57,981 nt of DNA, from positions 1-57,981 of the forward strand of contig JAVBNP010000037.1 in assembly GCA_031551455.1 (NCBI GenBank), written 5' to 3'. A program made the translations under genes and the position numbers. Positions 20,324 to 30,180 of this stretch are shown piece after piece (within the stretch, counting starts at the first letter, position 1; the number at the start of each line of letters is the position of its first letter). The notes beneath the pieces were generated by a model. It did not search any database. It was not told where the DNA came from and worked only from the letters and a program-made list of their open reading frames with translations. Source of the stretch: Bacteroidales bacterium (GTDB taxonomy: Bacteria; Bacteroidota; Bacteroidia; Bacteroidales; UBA4181).

Positions 20324-21136
20324 ATGATCGGCGTTTTTGATTCGGGTTACGGCGGATTGACCGTATTGCGGGAATTTGTTCAACGGTTACCTCAATACGA
20401 TTATTGTTATTTGGGCGATAATGCCCGAGCTCCTTACGGTACACGTTCGTATGAGACGGTGTATCGATATACGCTTGAATGCGTGAAGTATTTGTTCGCC
20501 GAAGGATGCCAATTGGTTATTTTGGCATGCAATACCGCATCCGCCAAAGCATTACGCACCATTCAACAACGAGACTTACCGTCGATCGACCCGAATCGTC
20601 GGGTATTAGGCGTGATTCGGCCCGTTGCCGAATCGATCGGACAACATACCCGATCGGGACATGTCGGCATTTTGGGAACCGCGGGAACCGTACAATCGCT
20701 TTCATATCCCGTCGAGATTGCAAAAATCGATCCGCATGTTCGTGTTTTTCAAGAAGCTTGTCCCATGTGGGTTCCGTTGGTGGAAAACGACGAATATCAA
20801 AAGGAAGGAGCCGATTATTTTGTGAAACAACACATTGATCAGATTTTAAAACAAAGTCCCGATATCGACTTATTGGTACCGGCGTGTACCCACTATCCTT
20901 TGTTGCTGCATAAAATCGAAAAATACGTCCCTTCTCACATCGGCATATTGCCTGCGGGAAGTATTGTTGCCGCAAGTTTGGCCGATTATTTGCAACGTCA
21001 TCCCGAAATGGATTATCGATTGGGAAAGAACGGAATTCGGATATTTCAAACGACCGATTCTCCGGAATTGTTTGATCGTCATGCATCCGTTTTTTTCGGA
21101 GAAACGGTAAAATCCCGAAGGGCGGTGATGCAATGA
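20324..21136 (+). CDS. murI: Glutamate racemase
   Basis: MIGVFDSGYGGLTV, LACNTASA and PACTHYPLL (the two catalytic Cys motifs). The start was trimmed from 20258. Confidence 0.9.
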   Translation: MIGVFDSGYGGLTVLREFVQRLPQYDYCYLGDNARAPYGTRSYETVYRYTLECVKYLFAEGCQLVILACNTASAKALRTIQQRDLPSIDPNRRVLGVIRPVAESIGQHTRSGHVGILGTAGTVQSLSYPVEIAKIDPHVRVFQEACPMWVPLVENDEYQKEGADYFVKQHIDQILKQSPDIDLLVPACTHYPLLLHKIEKYVPSHIGILPAGSIVAASLADYLQRHPEMDYRLGKNGIRIFQTTDSPELFDRHASVFFGETVKSRRAVMQ

Positions 21137-21274
21137 CGTAAAAGCAGTTTTTATATTGTAACGGTATTGTATTTTTATCATAATTTTAAAGGAGAATAGC
21201 AATGATCGTATTTTGCCGTTGAACGAAAAATTAAAAAACACTAATTTTTAGAAAACCATAAGAATCATTCCATC

Positions 21275-22069
21275 ATGAAAAAATTATTATTACTCTTGCT
21301 GTGTACAGGCGTATTCGGCGTCAACGGGTTGCGCGCCGAAGAGGGAGAGACGTTGGAGATAAACGTGTCGGATAAAACAAAAAATACCGTATCCAAAGCT
21401 CTGGCGTTGAAAAATAAAGACGAAAATAAGAATTTAACGGCAAAAGATATTACGACGCTGACAGTCATCGGCGGGCCATTTGTCAAAAGGCCGGGTACCG
21501 ACGTGCGGGATACCGGTGAACCGGACATTACAAGTATATTCTCGGGAATCGGGCATCTTAAGGAGCTGAAAACATTGGACATGGGAAGCGCTGTGGTAGG
21601 ATCGTCGGAGTTTGTAGTAGGTTTCCTTAGCCAAAACCATAAAAAATTAACATCGGTAATCCTTCCCGAGGGAACAAAAAAAATCAGAAATGGCGCTTTT
21701 TTAGGGTTGCCAATATCGGCCATAATTTTACCCGGAACCATAGAGATTATTGAACCCCGTGCATTTAAAGATTGCAGCAACTTGAAAGTAGTAACGGGAA
21801 AATGGAAAAACAATCCGCCGGCTGTCAGCAGTGATGTTTTTAGCGGCACTCCCGGCGATAAAATATTATATGTCCCTGTCGGAAGTAAGCAGGGTTATAT
21901 AGACAAAGGATGGAAAACGTTTACTATTATGGAAAAGCAAGAAGAACCGCAAAAAACCGGAGAAATTTACGATAAGACAAACGCCCCCGGTGAAAGGGTT
22001 ACTATCCACATGAAAAACAACGAACCGAAATTTTTTCCGGAAGTAGCACTTGAACGGTATCACTTATAA
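21275..22069 (+). CDS. Secreted leucine-rich-repeat protein (BspA-type LRR)
   Basis: Signal peptide MKKLLLLLLCTGVFG. Repeats include LTSVILPEGTKKIRNGAFLGLPISAIILPGTIEIIEPRAFKDCSNLKVV. Confidence 0.65.
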   Translation: MKKLLLLLLCTGVFGVNGLRAEEGETLEINVSDKTKNTVSKALALKNKDENKNLTAKDITTLTVIGGPFVKRPGTDVRDTGEPDITSIFSGIGHLKELKTLDMGSAVVGSSEFVVGFLSQNHKKLTSVILPEGTKKIRNGAFLGLPISAIILPGTIEIIEPRAFKDCSNLKVVTGKWKNNPPAVSSDVFSGTPGDKILYVPVGSKQGYIDKGWKTFTIMEKQEEPQKTGEIYDKTNAPGERVTIHMKNNEPKFFPEVALERYHL

Positions 22070-22127
22070 GCAATTATTTGTCGAAACCTAAAGGCTTTTA
22101 ATCAAACCATATTGAATTTCAATCCCG

Positions 22128-23162
22128 ATGAATACACCTTTTGAAGGAGGCTATCGATTTCCCGCCGAATGGGAACCGCATGAGGCAACTTGGTTAACTT
22201 ATCCGCACAATGATGATTCGTTTCCCGGGAAATTGTCAAGCGTTTATCCTTCGTATTTGCGTTTTATCAATGAAATAGCCAAAAGCGAAAAAGTGCGCAT
22301 CAATGTTCCCGCCGAGTTTCGAGATCAATTCGTACGCCAACTGACCGAAGCGTCCGTCGATCAAACCCGTGTGGAAATATTTGTTCGGGAGAGCAACGAT
22401 GTTTGGTGCCGCGATCACGGTCCCGCCTTTTTGATCAACGGAGATCAACCGAAAAGGAAAGCGATCGTTGATTGGGAGTTTAATGCTTGGGGCGAAAAGT
22501 ATCCGCATGATGCCGACAATAAAATTGCCGGTGCCGTTGCGCGGGATTTCGAATTGCCGATCTTCAAGCCGGGCATTGTCATGGAAGGCGGTTCGGTCGA
22601 TTTCAACGGCGAGGGAACATTGCTTACCACGAAAGCTTGTTTGTTGAATCCGAATCGTAATCCCAAATTGACGCAAAACCAAATAGAACAATACTTACAC
22701 GATTATTATTGCGTTTCGCAAATATTATGGCTGGGCGACGGCATCGACGGCGATGATACCGACGGACATGTGGACGATATCGTACGTTTCATTAATTCCG
22801 ATACGGTGGTTGCCGCCGTGGAATCCGACAAAAACGACGTTAATTACCAACCGTTGCAAGAGAATTTGAAAATGCTCCAATGTATGTCCTTGCTTGGAGG
22901 TAAGCAGCTCAACATCGTGGAATTGCCTATGCCCGATCCCGTGTTTCATAACGGGCAACGTCTTCCGGCATCGTATGCCAATTTTTATTTCACCAACGAT
23001 GCGGTTATTGTTCCGACATTCCGATGCAAGCAAGATGATGCGGCGCTTCGGATTTTGGCGTCGTGCATTCCCGATCGACGAGTCGTCGGGATCGATTCCG
23101 TTGATATTGTTTGGGGATTCGGCAGTTTTCATTGTTTGAGCCAGCAAGAGCCGGCAGTGTGA
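22128..23162 (+). CDS. aguA: Agmatine deiminase (porphyromonas-type peptidylarginine deiminase family)
   Basis: FPAEWEPHEATWLTYPH, VWCRDHGP and the catalytic-Cys region GSFHCLSQQ at the C-terminus. Confidence 0.8.
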   Translation: MNTPFEGGYRFPAEWEPHEATWLTYPHNDDSFPGKLSSVYPSYLRFINEIAKSEKVRINVPAEFRDQFVRQLTEASVDQTRVEIFVRESNDVWCRDHGPAFLINGDQPKRKAIVDWEFNAWGEKYPHDADNKIAGAVARDFELPIFKPGIVMEGGSVDFNGEGTLLTTKACLLNPNRNPKLTQNQIEQYLHDYYCVSQILWLGDGIDGDDTDGHVDDIVRFINSDTVVAAVESDKNDVNYQPLQENLKMLQCMSLLGGKQLNIVELPMPDPVFHNGQRLPASYANFYFTNDAVIVPTFRCKQDDAALRILASCIPDRRVVGIDSVDIVWGFGSFHCLSQQEPAV

Positions 23163-23241
23163 CGGAACCGGATAACGGTCGATCGGCACACTTTCTTTAG
23201 GGTTATTTTTTCCTTTCCGAATCAAGTTGTCAAAAAACGTT

Positions 23242-23249
23242 TATTTTTG
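23242..23249 (+). promoter_or_regulatory. Candidate -7 box (TAttTTTG) upstream of serC
   Basis: Exact TAnnTTTG match, 55 nt upstream of the ATG at 23304. Confidence 0.35.
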
Positions 23250-23303
23250 TTCCGCTCATTTTATATGACAAAAGTCAGTAATTATATTTAATTCTAACGC
23301 AAT

Positions 23304-24371
23304 ATGCAAAAACATAATTTCAGTGCAGGCCCTTCCATCCTGCCTCGCGTAACCATCGAAGCAACGGCGCAAGCCGTTTTGGATTTTAACGGCAGCGGGT
23401 TGTCATTGATGGAAGTATCGCATCGGGGCAAAGATTTCGAAGCGGTAATGAATGAGGCAAGATCGCTCGTCAAAGAGTTGTTGTCGATTCCCGACGGTTA
23501 TTCGGTGATTTATCTCGGCGGCGGAGCAAGTTTGCAGTTCTGCATGGTGCCGTTCAACCTGCTGGAGAAAAAAGCGGCTTATCTCAACACGGGAGTTTGG
23601 GCAAGTAAAGCTTTGAAAGAGGCCAAAGGTTTCGGCGAAGTAATCGAAGTTGCCTCATCCAAAGATGCCAATTTTACGTTTGTTCCCAAGAATTACACGG
23701 TTCCCTCGGATGTCGACTACTTTCATATCACCACCAACAACACCATTTACGGTACCGAGTTGATGACCGATCCGAAAGTCGATACCGTTTTGGTTGCCGA
23801 CATGTCGTCCGACATTTTCAGTCGCCCGATTGATGTTTCGCGTTACGGATTGATCTATGCGGGAGCGCAGAAAAACTTGTCGTGTGCGGGCGTAACCCTC
23901 GTTATCGTCAAAGACGATATTCTCGGGAAAGTATCCCGTCACATACCTTCAATGTTGGATTATCGCGTTCACATCGAAAACGATTCCATGTACAATACGC
24001 CTCCCGTGTTGCCCGTTTTTACGGCGCTCCAAACTTTGAAATGGATTAAAGCCAACGGCGGAGTGGCGGGAATGCAAAAACGCAACCAAGAAAAAGCCGC
24101 TTTGTTGTATCAAGAAATTGATCGCAACAAATTATTCAAAGGTACGGCTGCCGTCGAAGATCGTTCGTTGATGAACGTTTGTTTCGTTATGGCTGACGGT
24201 TACCAAGATTTGGAAAAAGAATTTCTCGAATTTGCGCAATCGAAAGGTATGGTAGGATTGAAAGGCCATCGTTCGGTGGGCGGATTCCGTGCATCGATTT
24301 ACAATGCAATGCCGATTGAAAGCGTTCAAGCATTGGTTGATTGCATGAAAGAATTCGAAACAAAAAAATAA
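23304..24371 (+). CDS. serC: Phosphoserine aminotransferase
   Basis: [14 protein letters not shown] start, GGGASLQF and the AGAQKNL (PLP-Lys) region. 355 aa. Confidence 0.92.
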   Translation: MQKHNFSAGPSILPRVTIEATAQAVLDFNGSGLSLMEVSHRGKDFEAVMNEARSLVKELLSIPDGYSVIYLGGGASLQFCMVPFNLLEKKAAYLNTGVWASKALKEAKGFGEVIEVASSKDANFTFVPKNYTVPSDVDYFHITTNNTIYGTELMTDPKVDTVLVADMSSDIFSRPIDVSRYGLIYAGAQKNLSCAGVTLVIVKDDILGKVSRHIPSMLDYRVHIENDSMYNTPPVLPVFTALQTLKWIKANGGVAGMQKRNQEKAALLYQEIDRNKLFKGTAAVEDRSLMNVCFVMADGYQDLEKEFLEFAQSKGMVGLKGHRSVGGFRASIYNAMPIESVQALVDCMKEFETKK

Positions 24372-24379
24372 AAGCCTCA

Positions 24380-24416
24380 CCCGCCTCCCCCTCTCCTAAA
24401 GAGAGGGGGAGGCGGG
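24380..24416. repeat. Perfect 16-bp GC-rich hairpin between serC and serA
   Basis: cccgcctccccctctc-ctaaa-gagagggggaggcggg. No T-run follows. Confidence 0.85.
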
Positions 24417-24475
24417 GCTAATCACAGACAGTAAAAAAGCATTATTCTCTCCCTTGGGGGTTAATTGATTAATAT

Positions 24476-25399
24476 ATGAAGAAAGTTTTGATTGCAACGG
24501 AAAAGCCTTTTGCAGGCGTGGCCGTTGACGGAATAAAAGAAATATTGAAGAAAGCGGGATACGAATCCGTTTTGCTTGAAAAATATACGTCGGCTGCCGA
24601 AGTATATCAAGCGGTTGCCGATGTCGACGCTTTGATTGTTCGAAGTGACAAGGTTACTCAAGAAGTGGTTGATGCCGCGCCGAAATTGAAAGTTGTGGTA
24701 CGTGCCGGCGCCGGTTATGACAATCTCGATTTGTCGGCTTGCTCCGCAAAAGGAATTGTTGCCATGAACACGCCGGGACAAAACTCGAATGCCGTGGCGG
24801 AATTGGCTTTGGGTATGATGATTTACATGGCGCGCAACGGATGGCAGCCGGGAACGGGAACCGAACTGAAAGGTAAAAAGTTGGGCATTCATGCTTACGG
24901 AAATGTAGGCAAATTGGTTGCCGCGCTCGGAAAAGGCTTTGGGATGGAAGTTTATGCCCACGATCCGTTTGTTGCTGCGGAAATCATCAAAAAAGACGGA
25001 ATACAACCTGTTGCCGACGTAAAGGGTTTGTATGCGACATGCCATTATGTTTCGTTGCATATTCCGGCTACGGAACAAACCAAAAAATCGATCGGATACG
25101 ATTTGATTTCGTCCATGCCTAAGGGCGGAACGCTTATCAATACCGCACGCAAGGAAGTGATTGACGAAGAAGGTTTACTCAAAGCCTTAATGGAACGCAA
25201 CGATCTGAAATATGCTTCGGACGTGGCTCCCGATGCGTTAGCCAAGATGCAGGACAGCGTGGGTTCCCGAATTTTCGCCACTCCGAAAAAGATGGGCGCC
25301 GAAACGGCTGAAGCCAATATTAATGCGGGATTGGCAGCGGCACGGCAAATCGTCGACTTTTTCGAAAAAGGAGATAAAAAGTTTCAAGTAAACAAATAA
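24476..25399 (+). CDS. serA: D-3-phosphoglycerate dehydrogenase, short form (D-2-hydroxyacid dehydrogenase family)
   Basis: NAD motif GIHAYGNVGKLVA and the RAGAGYDNLD segment. Its position directly after serC supports the call. Confidence 0.7.
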   Translation: MKKVLIATEKPFAGVAVDGIKEILKKAGYESVLLEKYTSAAEVYQAVADVDALIVRSDKVTQEVVDAAPKLKVVVRAGAGYDNLDLSACSAKGIVAMNTPGQNSNAVAELALGMMIYMARNGWQPGTGTELKGKKLGIHAYGNVGKLVAALGKGFGMEVYAHDPFVAAEIIKKDGIQPVADVKGLYATCHYVSLHIPATEQTKKSIGYDLISSMPKGGTLINTARKEVIDEEGLLKALMERNDLKYASDVAPDALAKMQDSVGSRIFATPKKMGAETAEANINAGLAAARQIVDFFEKGDKKFQVNK

Positions 25400-25418
25400 A
25401 GAAATTTTGTTTTGCAAG

Positions 25419-25451
25419 AAAAGCCGACCTTTGGGTCGGCTTTTCTGTTTT
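25419..25451. terminator. Bidirectional intrinsic terminator between the convergent serA and lipoprotein genes
   Basis: aagccgacc-tttg-ggtcggctt, flanked by an A-run upstream and ttttctgtttt downstream. Confidence 0.75.
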
Positions 25452-25489
25452 AATCTCCGTTTTATTGCATTTCCGCTAACGGGTTGCGT

Positions 25490-26644
25490 TTAGTTTGGTT
25501 TGTTTATTTTATAATCCCAAGGGATTATGTTATATTCGTATCGGTATTCCCCCAATCGTTCTTTATTCTCATACTTAACACATTTTGTGGGATAACTTTC
25601 TTGATTATATTCATAAACGCTTGTTCCGGATGATTTGGCGCTGTTACTCCAACTCACGCACGGATGAATGTAATTCATATTCTCATTCATGATAATGAAA
25701 AACCATTTGGGCGTTTGACAATCATGAAAAGGAGAATACTTGGAATCGTATTTATAGGTTGTAGAAAAAGTGCCATATTTTGTTTCATCGGTTATTGCTT
25801 TTATATTACCGTTTGGATCGTATTCAAAACGGCGGGTTATTTGTATCGTGTCCGCGAATGAATATTGTTTGGGCAGCATATTTGACTTAAATTCAATATA
25901 GTCTGTTGATCCTTTAAAGGTGTATTTAAGATTAGATTTATCAAATTCAATGATGTCTTGTACTCCGTTTGAATATTGATAGATTATTTTTGATATATCG
26001 CCTCTGTTATCATAATATAAAAAACAGGAACGACTTATATTATCGTCATCGTAATAGTCAACATGGGAAATTCGCAAAGAAGCATCATAGAAATATTGTT
26101 CAAGTAACTTGTCGTTATAAAAAATTTTATTTACCATTTCGGCATACGGTCTGTTTCTGATATAAGGCATTTCAATGCCGTAAACGGCTACATTTTCTTC
26201 AATGCTTCCTTTTTCAACCAATTCATACAAATAAAAACCATTCACATACCAGTCGTTAAAATAATTCGATAGAAACAATTCTTTACCGGACGCGGACTTA
26301 TAGATTGTTCCATTCGACAAAACAGTCGCCGGGTAATATCCTACCCACATATAGTCATATATATCAAAATCAATTTCATTGCCGGATTTTAATGAACTGA
26401 AAGTTGACATAACACTATTTGGCAGTGCAAAAATCGTCAGCCCGTCGGAAATATCGATGTTGCTTAAATCCGTTTTTTTCAATTCTGCCGCAAACATGCT
26501 TAATTCTTCATAATTTTCGAGTTCATCGATAATGGACTGTTTCTTGCGTTCAACAAGATTATTGGTTGGATCTTCTTCTTTATTATTGCAGGAAAATGAA
26601 ATCGCGGCAATCAATAGAAATAAAAGGGTTATTGGCTTTTTCAT
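25490..26644 (-). CDS. Lipoprotein, Tyr/Asn/Lys-rich with YD-repeat-like motifs, unknown function
   Basis: ATG at 26644 gives the lipobox signal MKKPITLLFLLIAAISFSC. Motifs include YYDNRGDISKIIY and EYDPNGNIKAITD. The gene is visibly AT-rich. Confidence 0.6.
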   Translation of the reverse strand: MKKPITLLFLLIAAISFSCNNKEEDPTNNLVERKKQSIIDELENYEELSMFAAELKKTDLSNIDISDGLTIFALPNSVMSTFSSLKSGNEIDFDIYDYMWVGYYPATVLSNGTIYKSASGKELFLSNYFNDWYVNGFYLYELVEKGSIEENVAVYGIEMPYIRNRPYAEMVNKIFYNDKLLEQYFYDASLRISHVDYYDDDNISRSCFLYYDNRGDISKIIYQYSNGVQDIIEFDKSNLKYTFKGSTDYIEFKSNMLPKQYSFADTIQITRRFEYDPNGNIKAITDETKYGTFSTTYKYDSKYSPFHDCQTPKWFFIIMNENMNYIHPCVSWSNSAKSSGTSVYEYNQESYPTKCVKYENKERLGEYRYEYNIIPWDYKINKPN

Positions 26645-26756
26645 GTTAATGTTTTTGTTATAAATAAAAAACAAATATATGATTTTTGTGTCATAAATTG
26701 TTTAAAAAGTAAAAGTATTCGGAATAAAACCGTTGATTATTGGTTGTCTTGTTTAG

Positions 26757-26780
26757 AACCGGTTAACTATTTAACCGGTT
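26757..26780. promoter_or_regulatory. Perfect palindrome AACCGGTTAA-n4-TTAACCGGTT (operator-like)
   Basis: aaccggttaactatttaaccggtt, in the divergent intergenic region between 25490-26644 (-) and 26986-28635 (+). Confidence 0.35.
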
Positions 26781-26879
26781 TTAATAAATCATTGGCCCTC
26801 TTTTTTTCGCGGGTAAAGACTCAAATTCCCGTAATCGGTTTTTTATTTGTCCGATCAAAGATTAAATTTGCACATAATT

Positions 26880-26912
26880 AAACCTATTGGGTTTTAAAAA
26901 CCCGATAGGTTT
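26880..26912. repeat. REP-like hairpin, same family (copy 3)
   Basis: aaacctattgggtttt-aaaaacccgataggttt. One T:G position on the + strand. Confidence 0.8.
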
Positions 26913-26985
26913 TGATAAATTTTGTTTTGCGATTATTTATTGGATTTCAAATAGAAAATAAAATTACCCCGTAACATATCATCGA

Positions 26986-28635
26986 ATGAAAAAGATTGTT
27001 TGTATTCTTGCGATTTTGCTTTGCTTTACGGTAAATCCGTTTAACGGTAAGGCATGTACCAATTTTATCATTACCAAAGGCGCGTCGACGGACGGTTCGG
27101 TAATGGTGTCTTATTCGGCCGACTCGCATACGCTTTACGGCGAACTGTATCGGTATCCGGCGGCTCGTTACAAAGCGGGAGCTGTACGCAAAATTGTCGA
27201 TTGGGATACGGGCAAACCGCTCGGCGAGATTCCCGAAGCGGCCGAAACATATTCGGTGATCGGTAACATGAACGAACATCAAGTGATTATCGGCGAAACC
27301 ACGTTCGGCGGTCGACCCGAATTGGTGGATACAACCGGAATTATCGATTACGGAAGTTTGATTTACATGGCATTGCAACGTTCAAAATCCGCTCGCGAAG
27401 CCGTCCAAGTGATGACTTCGTTGGTCGAACAATTCGGCTTTTACAGCGGCGGCGAGTCATTCAGCATTGCCGATAAAAACGAGGCTTGGATCATGGAAAT
27501 GGTTGGAAAAGGTCCCGGCGGAAAAGGCGCTTTATGGGTTGCTTTGCGTATCCCCGACGGTTATGTATGCGCTCATGCCAATCAAGCACGCATTACGACT
27601 TTCCCGAAGAACGATCCGGAAAATTGCTTGTATTCGGAAGAGGCTATTTCCTTTGCGCGCGAGAAAGGTTGGTATACCGGAAGCGATGACGATTTCAGTT
27701 TTTCCGATACATACTGTCCGCTCGATTTTCACGGGGCACGTTTTTGCGAAATCCGTGTTTGGTCTTTTTTCAAAGATCTGAATAAAGATATGTATCGTTA
27801 TTTCGATTACGCGAAAGGCGAAAATCTCAAAAATCGTATGCCGCTTTGGATCAAAGCCGATCGGAAAGTGTCGCCCAAAGACGTAATGAATTTCATGCGC
27901 GATCACTTGGAAGGTACCGAATTGGATATGCGCAAGGACCTCGGTGCGGGACCGCACGGTTTGCCGTATCGTTGGCGCCCGCTCACGTGGAAGGTCGACG
28001 GGAAGGAATATCTGAACGAACGTGCCACGGCAACGCAACAAACCGGATTTTGGTTTGTGGGACAAGCTCGATCGTGGTTGCCCGACATGATTGGCGGTAT
28101 TCTTTGGTTCGGCGTGGACGATGCAGCCACTTCGCCGCTCACGCCCATGTATTCCTCCATCAACAAAGTTCCTCATACATTTGCGCAAGGCAACGGCAGC
28201 ATGGCGGAATATTCCGAAACCGCGGCATTTTGGATTGTTAATCAAGTAGCTAATTTTACGTATTTGCGTTACGATATCATGAGTAAGGACGTGTGCAAAG
28301 CCATGCACGAATTGGAGGACGGTTATTTGAAAGACGTAGCTCGCGTTGATGCCGAAGCGTTGGCGCTTTACAAGAAAAATCCGAAAAGCGCGCAAAAATA
28401 TCTTACCGATTATTCCGTGCAACAGGGCGAAGCCACGTTCCAACGTTGGAAAAAGCTTAGCCAATTTATGTTGGTTAAATTCATTGACGGTAATGTTAAG
28501 AAAGAAAAAGACGGCAAATTCCTGCCAAATAAGTACAATACCACGGTGGCTCGACCGGATAATCCGGATTATCCCGAGTGGTGGCGCCGCAAAATCGTGG
28601 AAGACACGGGCGATAAATTACGTGTAAAAGAATAA
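26986..28635 (+). CDS. C69-family dipeptidase
   Basis: A signal peptide is followed by the nucleophile context GKACTNFIITKGASTDGS. 549 aa. Confidence 0.8.
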   Translation: MKKIVCILAILLCFTVNPFNGKACTNFIITKGASTDGSVMVSYSADSHTLYGELYRYPAARYKAGAVRKIVDWDTGKPLGEIPEAAETYSVIGNMNEHQVIIGETTFGGRPELVDTTGIIDYGSLIYMALQRSKSAREAVQVMTSLVEQFGFYSGGESFSIADKNEAWIMEMVGKGPGGKGALWVALRIPDGYVCAHANQARITTFPKNDPENCLYSEEAISFAREKGWYTGSDDDFSFSDTYCPLDFHGARFCEIRVWSFFKDLNKDMYRYFDYAKGENLKNRMPLWIKADRKVSPKDVMNFMRDHLEGTELDMRKDLGAGPHGLPYRWRPLTWKVDGKEYLNERATATQQTGFWFVGQARSWLPDMIGGILWFGVDDAATSPLTPMYSSINKVPHTFAQGNGSMAEYSETAAFWIVNQVANFTYLRYDIMSKDVCKAMHELEDGYLKDVARVDAEALALYKKNPKSAQKYLTDYSVQQGEATFQRWKKLSQFMLVKFIDGNVKKEKDGKFLPNKYNTTVARPDNPDYPEWWRRKIVEDTGDKLRVKE

Positions 28636-28651
28636 AATTTTCGTCAAGAAA

Positions 28652-29998
28652 TTGAATTGGGATACCCTTCTTTCGGCAAAACGATTCGGCGGCGGTTCTG
28701 CGTCCGCGGATAAGAGCGACGTGCGATCGCAGTTTCAGAGAGATTACGACCGTATTATTTTCTCGTCACCTTTTCGCCGATTGCAAAATAAAACGCAGGT
28801 TTTTCCTTTGCCGGGAAGTGTTTTTGTGCACAATAGGCTAACACACAGTCTTGAAGTGGCAAGCGTTGGCCGTTCGTTGGGTCATATGTTGGCCGGCGAA
28901 TTGGAAAAACGCAAGGAATTGCCCGGGGCCGATTTGTTCTCCGCGTTCGGGTCGATCGTGTCGGCAGCCTGTTTGGCGCACGATATGGGGAATCCTCCGT
29001 TCGGACATTCGGGCGAGAAGGCCATTTCGCGTTATTTTACGGAAGGAAACGGCAAAGCGATTAAAGGAATGGTTTCCGATAACGAGTGGACCGATCTCAC
29101 TCATTTCGAAGGGAATGCCAATGCGTTTCGCGTGTTAACGCACCAATTCAACGGGCGACGCAAGGGCGGATTTGCGCTTACGTATGCAACGCTGGCTTCG
29201 TTGGTAAAATATCCTTACGGATCGGAAGCCGCCGATCCCGGAAAATTCAAATACGGATATTTTGCATCGGAATACGACACATTTGAGGAAATTGCCCGGG
29301 AACAAGGCATCGTTCGTCTTTCGGATAATCCCGTACGGTATTGCCGACATCCGTTGGTTTATTTGGTGGAAGCCGCCGACGATATCACATATCAAATCAT
29401 GGATGTGGAGGATGCTCACAAACTAAACATCTTGTCGACCGCCGAAACCAAAGATATCCTAATGGCATTTTGGTCCGATTCGTCGGAGAACGATCGATCT
29501 TTTTTTGCACACGCCAAGGAAGTATTTGCAACCGTTACCGATGCCAATGAACAGATTTCGTATTTGCGCGCCATGTTGATCAATAAGTTGGCGGGCGAAT
29601 GTATTTCCGTTTTTATGGGTTGCTATGAGGCGATTATGGAGGGAAAATATACTTCGTCGTTGATCGATTCGCTTGACGGCACATCGGCGATTGCCATGAA
29701 GCGATGCAGCGCGTTGTCCGTCGAACGGATATACAATCATTCGTCGGTTGTTGAAGTCGAATTGGCGGGATACCGTATTTTGGGCGCTTTGATGAACGAA
29801 TTTGTCGATGCCGTGCTGAATCCGAAATCGCATTATGCAAAAAAACTGCTGGCTTTATTACCCGATCAATTTGCCGGACGGCCCGATGCATCGACATACG
29901 GCAAGATACAATCGATTCTCGATTTCGTGTCGGGTATGACCGATTTATATGCTTTGGAATTGTACCGTAAAATCAACGGGATACAAATCGGTTATTAA
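28652..29998 (+). CDS. dgt: dGTPase-family HD-domain triphosphohydrolase
   Basis: FQRDYDRIIFSSPFRRLQNKTQVF, RLTHSLEV and AHDMGNPPFGH. TTG start 16 nt after the dipeptidase stop. Confidence 0.8.
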   Translation: MNWDTLLSAKRFGGGSASADKSDVRSQFQRDYDRIIFSSPFRRLQNKTQVFPLPGSVFVHNRLTHSLEVASVGRSLGHMLAGELEKRKELPGADLFSAFGSIVSAACLAHDMGNPPFGHSGEKAISRYFTEGNGKAIKGMVSDNEWTDLTHFEGNANAFRVLTHQFNGRRKGGFALTYATLASLVKYPYGSEAADPGKFKYGYFASEYDTFEEIAREQGIVRLSDNPVRYCRHPLVYLVEAADDITYQIMDVEDAHKLNILSTAETKDILMAFWSDSSENDRSFFAHAKEVFATVTDANEQISYLRAMLINKLAGECISVFMGCYEAIMEGKYTSSLIDSLDGTSAIAMKRCSALSVERIYNHSSVVEVELAGYRILGALMNEFVDAVLNPKSHYAKKLLALLPDQFAGRPDASTYGKIQSILDFVSGMTDLYALELYRKINGIQIGY

Positions 29999-30055
29999 TT
30001 CCGGATTACTTATATTCGAAATGAGAAAATAGATAAAGAGCCGCCAAACATAGAA

Positions 30056-30154
30056 ATGAATAACCCCAGGGCAGAGCCCCGAGGTATCAAGACCAAAGGT
30101 TTTTTTTGTTTCCGACCCAGAGGGTCGGGGTATTAAACCACTTATTATGAATAA
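30056..30154 (-). repeat. 99-bp interspersed element, copy 3 (inverted orientation)
   Basis: The reverse complement is identical by eye to copy 1. Confidence 0.9.
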
Positions 30155-30180
30155 GAAATTGCGCATACCTAACATAAAAT

